Origin: the human T2T-CHM13v2.0 reference genome, Homo sapiens
Assembly: GCF_009914755.1 (NCBI RefSeq)
Contig: NC_060928.1
Strand: one strand, 5' to 3'
DNA length: 64,000 nt
Part shown: positions 31,505-43,180 of the stretch, piece by piece
Layout: every line of letters starts with the position of its first letter
Position numbering within the stretch: position 1 is the first letter of the stretch
The notes under the pieces: model-generated
The model's input: only the letters and a program-made list of their open reading frames with translations
What the model was told of the DNA's origin: nothing
Database searches by the model: none
Translations under genes and position numbers: made by a program

Positions 31505-31750
31505 GCGAGTATGATGGCAGAGTCCAGCCCTGAGCCAGGCCGTCTGGCCCCATGTTCCAGGTCCACCGCTCACTAGCTCTGGGGCCTTAGACAGTTTTCT
31601 GCATCTCTTGGTATTTCCATTTCCTCGTCAATAAAGGGGGTTAAATGAGAGAATCTACTTCACAGGGTTATTGAGCAGAGATAACTTTATTGATCAAGTA
31701 TTTACCATACCTCTTGGTGTACCTTAGTACACAAGGCAGGCTAGCTATTT
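31505..31750 (+). mobile_element. MIR relic
   Basis: CACTAGCTCTGGGGCCTTAGACAG...TTTCCTCGTCAATAAAGGGGG...CTACTTCACAGGGTTATTG. Confidence 0.7.
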
Positions 31751-31752
31751 CA

Positions 31753-32104
<352 letters not shown>

Positions 32105-32189
32105 CTAGTGCAGCCATTCCCCTAAGAGCTAGTTAAGCTTCAGCTAGAGTAAAGTGAGATAAATGGAGGAGTTGTGTGAAAGACTGACA

Positions 32190-32315
32190 TGAGACCAGAA
32201 ACTCCATGTGGACAGGCACCATGTCCACTTCGCCTCCTGTTTAACTTCCAGCAGCTAGTGCAGTGCCTGGCATTGCGTAAGCATGCAATAAATATTTGTG
32301 CATTTGGATTGAATT
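32190..32315 (+). mobile_element. L2 3' terminus
   Basis: AACTCCATGTGGACAGG...CAGTGCCTGGCATTGCGTAAGCATGCAATAAATATTTG. Confidence 0.7.
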
Positions 32316-33279
32316 AATATATGAAGTATAATGCACTTATATGTGCCCTGCTATATATAAATTATGCTGGCTTATAGCATACACATGTGCTACTGATGAT
32401 ATTGATCAGTTTTGGTAATACCCTGCCAAGCACCTTGAACTACACATAAAAACCAACAATAGAGGGGAAAGGATTCAAAATTGTTATTTAAAATGCCTCC
32501 CAACTGTGAGAATGTATGCTGCTCACAAAACTTACCAGTTTCCCGGAATTTAACGAAGGCCACATCTTGCTTTCCCATTTCAGCAAGGGTGTGATTAGTT
32601 TACCAGTGACGCAACCAAGGTTAACCCAGGCTTTGGCTAAGGTCCCAGAAGAATTTAGTAAAATCTTCTTGAAAGTCTCTACCACATACCCTCTTTGCCT
32701 TCCCGACCTCATATGAAACCTCCTCTTGTTTGGCACCAGCGCATGGAGAAAGCTGATGCAAGGGTGGTCTGGCTTATGGGATGGTCACCCGCTCTTATTT
32801 CCTCTGTGCTAGCACAGGGCTGACGCTGACGGGCAGTCTTCTAGTGCTTGAGTCTCTCCGTACCCCTGAGGGAGGGGTGTGCTCTGACCAGGAACGAGAT
32901 CAGACAGCTGTAAGAGTCCCGACCAGGGCTGAGCTGAGGAGTGAGAGCAGGTGCTTTTGATAGCCAGGAAAGAATTGGTCTGGGGATCCCCCGACAGGGG
33001 GAAGTCACAGAAATTAGAGACGGAAAACACCTATCAGTCAATTCCCATGCCAAAGATAAATTGATCCCTAGTGTGTCTCCCTAGCCCCCTGACCACTCCA
33101 GTTAGTTATATCTCTGTCAACATGTAAGGAGGAGGGACCATGGGATGCAGGGAAAAAAAGACTCAGGATGTTAAGATGGTTTCGATACGGGGATGAAGAG
33201 AAGATCAGTAATCATTAAAGAAAAAATAATGATTTTGGAGAAAAATAAGAGCAGTAGACATTTTCCCCCTAGGGCCTGA

Positions 33280-33658
<379 letters not shown>

Positions 33659-34768
33659 TATAGCTGTTGTTTTCTTAATGAAGAGCTGATGTTATTTATC
33701 CAAAGGGAAGAAATCGTCTTGTTCATGTGGTCCTCATTTTGTGCTAGGGAGTAGAGGTCTTGAGTGAGTATTGCTGACATTGCTAGAATTAGAATATGCA
33801 TTTTGCTTTTGGAGTAGTGACAGTAGAGAAACCTAGGACGATGCTCTGATAGAATGTATTAAAGAGGGAATTATATGGTAGTTTGTAAATATGTGGATTT
33901 GGTTGACTATCTATGGCTATGAAGAGAGCCAAAGGATGTTATCGCTAAAGATAAGATCATATTGAGATGCAAGTAGATATATAATGAAATCTGAATTGGC
34001 TCTGTTTTGCTTGGACTATTTTCTTCATTATTTATAAGAAGAAAAAAGGGGCTAATTCTCAAACTATGTGTCAGTAATTTCTCTTGATTTTAATCACATT
34101 AAACTAGATGGCTGATTCATTGCATCAACTTTGATTGATATTTTTGCACCATTTCTTGTTTTTTTTTTTATATTTTCAAGTTATACCCAGGCATTTTGTT
34201 GCATATCTCACATCCAAAATAGCTCAAATGAGCAATATCATTCCCAGCCAACCTCTCCCCGCCTCTCTCATTCACACTGCAGTTGAAGGACTTTTCCAGG
34301 AAATGTTTAGAGAACCATGGGCTAAATAGCCTTTGCCCCAGGACTTTTTTCTTCCTTCATTGTATTTGTTTTTTAAACTTATCATGGTAGAGCTAACTCC
34401 TGCTGCTGTCTTCTCTCTAGGCATCAGGTCCGGGGTGCCCAGGCTGCCTCCCAGATTCCACACCACAGTGTCCATGATAGCAGCTTGATCCTTCAGCCAG
34501 ATCCACTCTGGACATTGAAAGGCAGGCAGAGGTCGAAGCCATAGGCCCCAAATTCCTGTGATCTTTAAAAACCTCTTTTCAGGAACTCATTATGTTTATC
34601 ACACATATAAAATGGTGGCAGGTGAGCTCATCCTTTTCAGGGTACCTGATGCCAGACTCTGGTGGTTCCTCGACCCATGATGTTCAGGCTGATCACCCTT
34701 GCTACGGTTCTTACAGTTTTAGTTCCATATGAGGAATCCATGAGCTGGGACCACCTACTCATTGGTGT

Positions 34769-35229
34769 TGCTAAGGAAAAATTCATTCTGGCGCTTGCTA
34801 AAACGTTAAGGAAGACTATTCAGAATTGTTGCAACTGGTGTCAATTCTGTTGCAATAGGGGAGAGACATCAGGCTCAACCTCAATTATGGAACGAGTGGG
34901 GATTTACAGCCAAAGAACAGGTGTGGAGTCGGGGTGGTGGATGGAAAATTACTAAGAAAAGACATCAGGGTAGGGAGATTCTTGCTAAACTCACTTAACA
35001 GGATTCTTGCTGATGGTAGGCCAAGGACTTATACATCAAGTTGGGAGATGAGGAATTTGACCAGATATGGAAGATGTGGGGGTTCTCTCTAAACTGATTT
35101 AGCGAGAGTCTTGCTAAATCTGGGCTATGTGGGCCCAGCAAGGGGAAGGGTGAAGAAGGTGGAGGCCTAGTCAAACAGAGCACTTGGAGGGGCCTGACTC
35201 AAGTGGAGTCAAGGAGAGAGTCTTTGTCA
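34769..35229 (-). mobile_element. MER31-like ERV1 solo LTR
   Basis: Minus strand starts TGACAAAGACTCTCTCCTTGAC; internal TCTTGCTAAA repeats; 4-bp TSD GTGT (34765-34768 / 35230-35233). Confidence 0.85.
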
Positions 35230-35249
35230 GTGTGACAAGCAGCAGTTGT

Positions 35250-35673
35250 TTTAAAAAACATATTTTTATTTATTTTTTTAAATTGGAGACTCAGGGGTAC
35301 AGGTGCAGGTTTGTTACATGGGTACATTGCATGGTATTAAGGTTTGGGCTTCTATTGATCCTGTCACCCAAATAGTGAATATAATACCCAATAGATAGTT
35401 TTTCCATGCCTGTCTTCCATCCCTCCCTCCCCCCATTTTGGAATCCTCGGTGTCTTATTGTTTCCATCTTTATGTCTGTGTGTACCCAATGCTTAGCTCC
35501 CTAAGCAGAAAGAACAAAGCCAGATGCATCACATTACCCAATTTCAAACTATGCTTCAAGGCTACAGTAACCAAAGCAGCATGGTACTGTTACAAAAACA
35601 GACACATAGACCAATGGAACAGAGGAGGAAACCCAGAAATAAGGCTGCACACTTACAACCAACTCACCTTCAA
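35250..35673 (-). mobile_element. Short old L1 (L1PA15/16-like) with 5' inversion
   Basis: Minus-strand 3'UTR (35250-35501) joined to plus-strand ORF2 piece [14 protein letters not shown]...IDQWNR (35501-35673); TSD ACAAGCAGCAGTTGT / ACAAGCAGCGGTTCT. Confidence 0.88.
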
Positions 35674-36987
35674 CAAGCAGCGGTTCTACCCTAAGAATGG
35701 ATACATCAAATTCAGCTAAGTGTGGCTCTGCCAGAGGCAGGACCGTATTTCTGTGCATGCACAGTGTATATTCTTGAGCTCATGCCAGGCTCTCCCCGCT
35801 TCGGTCAGTTTTGTTTTGGGCACTTCCCTCTCCCATGCTCATTGGGCCTAGGAAGTCAGGCCTTCAGGTTTCAAGAATACGGATAGTGTGTAGGGAAGGG
35901 ACGTGAGAAAAGCCCTTGGACGTGACTCAATAATGATGCTCAGATCTTTCACACTCACCCTGTGAAGCCGACTTTTTCAAATGAAAAAACATATACTACT
36001 CACATGTGACATTTTATTCAGAGCCAAAATTATAAAGCAAAGGAGTTCATGTGTTTATACCCAGAAAAATTGGCAAAGCTTTCTTTGAAAATGTCTGCTG
36101 TGGTTCAGTTTTTTTTTTTTTTTCTTGAAAATATAAATGGTTCTTCATTTAGTACCATTACTTTGAAAGAAAATTACAGAGTAGACGCAGGTAGGTGTCA
36201 CTGAGGAGTTTTATTATGTATGTTTACAAACAAAGAGTATAAACAAAGAAATGCATTTGTTATACTTAGTGCCCCCAAAATCATTTGTACTAAAGTAGCC
36301 CTTGAACAAGCTGGAAAATAAGTGGAATAAATGTGGTACTTTGGTTCCTTTCCATTGACTTTTAAAAACACCACCGATATTGAAATATTTGTGTTTCCTT
36401 TGCTGTAGTGCCAGCAACATAATAGATGAGAAGAGAGTAGCTATTCACTGTTCTCCAGAAATACAACTTAGCCTCTTCCTGCAACTTGAGCCTCCACACT
36501 GCAGCCTTCCCTTGTCTCTGCGATTTCCTGCTTGCTCCCTCCTCTAATTACTCTTCTTTTTTTCAGACTCCTTTCATGAGTCTCCTCTTTTTTTGTCCCC
36601 CTTTATTCCCTCTTGCCCACATTCCACATTTCTTTTCAACCTCCCTCCGTATTTGGCTACAGTGTTTAAAACGAGTATTAAGTCTGGAAGCTGAATAAGC
36701 CCCATCTCCTAAAAAACAGTTTTACAGATTTTCTACTGACAGAGTTAGCAGTCTGGCCTCAGTGCTGGGGAACTGAAAAGACCCATCAGCAGCCTGAAAA
36801 AGAAGAGCTTCTTCATCAGTGCAGTAAACTGCTCTGCGGCTTCAGCCTCATTTTTACGTAGATGACGGTGTCCCCCAGCATTGTTGTAAGTACAAACACA
36901 TCATCAGGCATCCTGGAAAGAAAAATCCTTCTGCTTGTCCAGATTAAACTCCGAATTCATCCAAACATTAAATGACAAGAATGTTGA

Positions 36988-37410
<423 letters not shown>

Positions 37411-38178
37411 TAATCCATTGCAATATTTGATAGAGGCTTTGTTAAAAGTTATTTTTTAAATGAATGAAAGTAAACTAAATGGGAAATGAAACAAAAAAAT
37501 TTCATATTTTAATGAATTTGTCCTTTTCTTTGCCTCTAAGATAAATTATTTCAACAAGAAACTGATATAAATTGAGAATTTCTTAAAACTACTGGTAGAT
37601 GACAGATGTGTTTTAAATTATCATATGAGATACAGCTATTTTTCTTGGAAGAATACATTGCTATTTTTCATATTATTATTATTTTTAATGGCATTCTTAT
37701 AAGGTAACTAAACTGATATCCAAACTACATTTTAAAAATTGTGTCATTTCTGATTTTATACCTAGGAAAAGTAATATCTACCTTTTAAAAATGAAAACCC
37801 TCCCAAGAATATTATAAATTAGCATTGCTTTTTTATGTGATAAGCAGCAAAATCTCACTGTTTGACTTAGAACGTAAGAAAGAGGAAGTGAAGACTGATC
37901 ACAAGTTTCTATTTGGAGAAAATCAATCATGCACTCAATTAGAATTCGCAAAAGTATCTTTGTGCCTTTTGTTTAAAAATTTCAGTAAACATAGCCCAGT
38001 CTGATTTGGAACCCTCATAATTGTGAATAGCAAACAACTTATCACAAGAATAGATTCCCACAAAAGGGATTCTCACAAAATGTCTGGGTATTGTTAACAC
38101 AGAAGGGACAAGAAGTTTTACCTTATAGCACTGCTGAAGTGTTTGTGTTTTGAAAAGAAAGAATGATATATAAAATAG

Positions 38179-39704
38179 TGAGAGGTGACAGCGTGCTGGC
38201 AGTCCTCAGAACCCTCGCTTGCTCTCGGCGCCTCCTCTGCCTGGGTTCCCACTTTGGCGGCACTTGAGGAGCCCTTCGGCCTGCCACTGCACTGTGGGAG
38301 CCCCTTTCTGGGTTGACCAAGGCTGGAGCCCGCTCCCTCAGCTTGCAGGGAGGTGTGGAGGGAGAGGCGCGAGCAGGAACTGGGGCTGCGCGCAGCGCTT
38401 GCGGGCCAGCTGTAGTTCCGGGTGGGCGTGGGCTTGGCGGGCCCCGCACTCGGAGCTGCCGGCCGGCCGGGGCAGTGAGGGGCTTAGCACCCAGGCCAGC
38501 GGCTGCAGAGGGTGTACTGGGTCCCCCAGCAGTGCCAGCCCACCGGCGCTGCTCTCGATTTCTCGCCGGGCCTTGGCTGCCTTCCCGCGGGGCAGGCCTC
38601 CGGACTGAAGCCCGCCATGCCTGAGCCTTCCCCCGCCTCCGTGGGTTCCTGTGCAGCCCGAGCCTCCCCGACGAATGCCGCCCCCTGTTCCACGGCGCCC
38701 AGTCCCATCGACCGCCCAAGGGCTGAGGAGTGCGAGCACATGGCGCGGGGCTGGCAGGCAGCTCCACCTGCAGCCCCTGTGCGGGATCCACTGGGTGAAG
38801 CCAGCTGGCCGCCTGAGTCTGGTAGGGACGTGGAGAGTCTTTATATCTAGCTCAGGGATTGTAAACACACCAATCAGCACCCTGTGTTTAGCTCAAGGTT
38901 TGTGAATGCACCAACCGACACCCTGTATCTAGCTGCTCTGGTGGGGACGTGGAGAACCTTTATGTCTACCTCAGGGATTGTAAATACACCAATCGGCAAT
39001 CTGTATCTAGCTCAAGGTTTGTAAACACACCAGTCAGCACCCTGTGTTTAGCTCAAGCTTTGTGAGTGCACCAATCGACACTCTGTATCTAGCTGCTCTG
39101 GTGGGGCCTTGGAGAACCTGTGTGTCCTTGGAGAACCTGTGTGTCCAAACTCTGTATCTAACTAATCGGATGGGGAGGTGGAGAACTTTTGTATCTAGCT
39201 CAGGGATTGTAAACGCACCAATCAGCGCCCTGACAAAATAGGCCACTCGGCTCTACCAATCAGCAGGATGTGGGTGGGGCCACATAAGAGAATAAAAGAA
39301 GGCTGCCGGAGCCAGCAGTGGCAACACGCTTGGGTCCCCTTCCACACTAAATTTTGCTACTGCTCATTGTTTGGGTCCACGCTGCTTTTATGAGCTGTAA
39401 CACTCGCCACGAAGATCTGCAGTTTCACTCCTGAGCCCAGGGAGTCCACGAGCCCACCGGGAGGAAAGAACAACTCCAGACGCGCTGCCTTAAGAGCTGT
39501 AACACTCACCGCGAAGGTCTGCAGCTTCACTCCTGAGCCAGCGAGACCACGAACCCACCAGAAGGAAAAAACTCCGAACACATCCGAACATCAGAAGGGA
39601 CAGACTCCAGACGCGCCACCTTAAGAGCTGTAACACTCACTGTGAGGGTCCGCAGCTTCATTCTTGAAGTCAGTGAGACCAAGAACCCACCAATTCCGGA
39701 CACA
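38179..39704 (+). mobile_element. Solo ERV9 LTR, LTR12C
   Basis: Starts TGAGAGGTGACAGCGTGCTGGC, ends CCAATTCCGGACACA; CpG-rich U3, ~40-bp enhancer subrepeats, three U5 repeats; 4-bp TSD ATAG (38175-38178 / 39705-39708). Confidence 0.97.
38840..39330 (+). promoter_or_regulatory. LTR12C U3 enhancer repeats and promoter
   Basis: CCAAT boxes at 38870, 38989, 39071, 39218, 39256; repeated TATCT (GATA) words; GGGTGGGGC 39272-39280; AATAAA TATA-equivalent 39291-39296. Confidence 0.8.
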
Positions 39705-40149
39705 ATAGGACTCTGGTTTCTAAGGGGTGATAATTGCAAAAAAAAAAAAAAACCAACAAACGAAACCAGCCATTCAGTCTTGCTTTGGAATTTTTTTTTC
39801 TCTCCATGGTTAAGCAAACGTGTAAGCATGTATCTGCATGCCCCAATGGAGACTCGCACTTTCGCAAATTATGAGGAATTAAACCTTGCGAATTAGGGTA
39901 TTTTCAACCATCTGGGCATCTGGGGTTGCTCTTTCTTTTCTCTGTAGCTGCCTCTTCCCCTTCATTCCCAGCTGCTTCCACTCTAGTTCAAAGTTCCATC
40001 GCCACTTCTCTGGAAACCAGGAACTACTTCCCACCTGGTCTCCTTGACGTAGCAGTCCCTCTCAGTCCTCTGCCTGGCCTCATCAAGACTTCTTCAGCCT
40101 GCTTCTATTATGTTGTTTTTCTAAAAAACAGTCCGATGATGATGATAAC

Positions 40150-40355
40150 AAAAATAATAATATAATAAACATTTAATGTACACCCACTTCTTCAACAGTT
40201 TCTACGCACTAAGCTGTGTTACATCTTTTGAATCCTTATTTTGTTTAATTCTCCAAAACAGTCTTGTGAATTGTGCTTGAGTACTAACCACATTTAATAG
40301 GTATGGATTTGAGGTTTAAACGGGTTAAAAGTACTTTGCAGGAGGCTATGCAGCA
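40150..40355 (-). mobile_element. MIR relic
   Basis: ATAATAAACATTTAAT...TTTAATTCTCCAAAACAGTCTTGTGA...GAGGTTTAAACGGGTTAA. Confidence 0.55.
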
Positions 40356-41458
40356 ACTTTTCCTTGTTCTCTCACCAAGTCAAAAATGCTCTGCTGGCTT
40401 TTCAAACATCTACATCCATCCTACTACCTTAGAAACACTGTTTTCAATGTAGTTCTTTTTCTAGAACATTTGGTAGAAGATTAACTGGAAATTTGCTATT
40501 GCTTTTGTGTATTATCATGCTTTTGAATCTCAAATTTAGATCATAAAGGAAATTGAATGTGAAACTCTCTGGCCACCCCAATTTTTCAGAAGCCTTTATC
40601 TGTGTCACAAACACCAGAATCATTTTGAAAATGTTCGCAATCTATGACCAAAAGTTGTTGGCTCTGCAACAAGAGCAGACTGATAGCCAGCACCAAGACA
40701 GATGGAGGTGATGTTCTAGGCAGAGGTGGCTTCTAGACCTTCCTTTGCACTGCCAGCTTCTAGTCAGTGTTATTAAATCTAGTCCCTTTCATAACTGAAA
40801 TTTCAAACATAAATTATATTGCAACATCCCTATAGAAATGTCTGAAGTTATATATGAAGAAGGAAGGAAGATGCTGTTCTCAATACATCCCACATCATTA
40901 ATATGTCAAATCTCTTTTCTTGTTTAAAATGAAACTGGGATGTTTTCCAACTTTTCATCCTGATGGTAAGGATAGTTGCCCGTGTTGGGTAGGGAAGGGA
41001 GGGAGGTGTAGCTGAAAGTACAGTTTTGTGTTTCCACTAATCTGATCCCTCCCACCAGCTGCCCTTTCCACCTGCCCTACAAACTCTCTGCTCAGAAAGT
41101 ACACATTGATACAACTTATCAAAGCCAGCCCTCTGTTGTAGCCATTTCAGCAAAATAAGCCAATTTGGGTTTGGTAGATGGAAAAAAAAAAAAAAGAACT
41201 ATGCCCAGGCCATAGAGATTAGACTTTAAAACAGAGCTAAAGTAATTCCGAAACCATTTTACCTGCCAGAAAAAAAAATTACATATAATTACTTTAAAAA
41301 TTAGCCATTTTAGGTCAGCGTATGTGGCACAAAGAAATCTGAAATTTAACTATCTAACAGGGAATATGACAAAGTGGAAATTTGTTTAACTATGCACCAT
41401 ATCATAGAGAAGGCACCAATACGAATTAGGTTATTTCTGTGTAGGCACAAGACTGTAG

Positions 41459-41787
<329 letters not shown>

Positions 41788-42944
41788 CAGTAGATGACTC
41801 TTTAAAGGTCATTTTAGCAAGTGTAAGATAGATCTTTTGAGGGTGCACATAGCCCACCTCCCTCAGTTTGGTTTTCTGTTTCATTGACTGTATTAGCGTT
41901 AAACTTTTTAAGAGTGACAGGCTGCAGGAAGGGGATCCCGGGTGGGTCATGGGATCTGCACAGCCAGCTGTTCCTTAGTTCAGAGAGTTCTTCTTTTTGA
42001 GATTTACAGATCCGTTTGCATTTGACAGACCATGGCAAGTCTTTGTACTGCCCAGTCCCAGTGTTTTAAAGGAGAGCAGCTTAATAATTTATTAACTGCA
42101 ACATTTCCTCTGGGCTTTATCTGTGTGATGCTGTTGAGTCACAGAACATTATAAATATGAAGAATTTAGCAGAATCACATTCTTTAAAAGAGCTATGGCC
42201 TTTTTGTTGTGGTGGTTGTTGTTGCCAAGGACTCCTCTGAGAGCTCTTGTTGGTTTACCTGGTTGGAAAGCAGCAGAAAATGGTCAGCTTTGTAAAGTGG
42301 GATTGCAGTACCAGTTTCGAGTTTGCTAACAAGGTGCCCTGATCTACAAGATCGTTAGCCATGGAATGACAGTAAAATGTGGTTGCAGAAGGTTTTGAGA
42401 CATTCCTGAATTGTCTGTGTGCTGTGCTGATGTGGCACTACTGACACTCTCCTACCGCAGTGCCTTGGTTTCTGCGGTTCCTTCAGCCCGAGGCACACTG
42501 CCGTCCCCATCTCTCCACCCTTCAGCACCTTGTCAGTTTATAGATCATCTCAAAAGTGACTTTTTTTCCACAAGGCTCTTATTGATCCTCTTCAAAATGG
42601 ATATTGCTTCTGCCTTCTCAGACTCATTTATGATACTTACATGTCCCACTTGATATGATGATTACTGTTAACTTTTGCCCAATCTGGAGCAAAATGGCAT
42701 GATGTCCACGGCAGGGTTATCCTGGATGTCCCTGTGTAGCCCAACACAATCGTGCACATGGGAGATGCTTGTTCATTTAATAGAATAGCTGTTAATTCTG
42801 CGCACCAATCCCTCTTCTCATGTTTCTTGTCCTTATCCTAATTGCATATAATTATTTAATGATGTTCTCAGCCATTTGTAAGCTATTTTTAGCATGGAAA
42901 ACAAATTACCTTTACAGACTTTTATATTAGAGTAATATTAAAAA

Positions 42945-43180
42945 TAATAGCTGCCTTCGTAAGCTGTTCTTCAGTTTACAGAACATTTTCATACATATTA
43001 TTTGATCCGCCTGTGTAGATTATGCCCATCCGTGCCCATGACTGAGAAGAGGGCAAGAGTCTCCCTTTACAGATTAGGAAGCTGAGGCCCAGATAAATTA
43101 ACTAATTTATCCAGAGTTGCATCTCTGGTAAATTTCAGAAGTTAAAATCAAACCCAGATGTCCTCAGGATTCTAGTACGA
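42945..43180 (-). mobile_element. MIR relic
   Basis: CCCTTTACAGATTAGGAAGCTGAGGCCCAGA...AAACCCAGATGTCCT. Confidence 0.7.

Noticed and set aside
38123-38905. Overlapping Pro/Arg/Gly-rich ORFs up to 222 aa
   Set aside because: Stop-poor GC-rich U3 of LTR12C, open in several frames on both strands.
38840-39670. Regularly spaced repeats that look like a CRISPR array
   Set aside because: They are ERV9 U3 and U5 subrepeats; the intervening sequences are themselves repeated, there are no cas genes and the DNA is primate.
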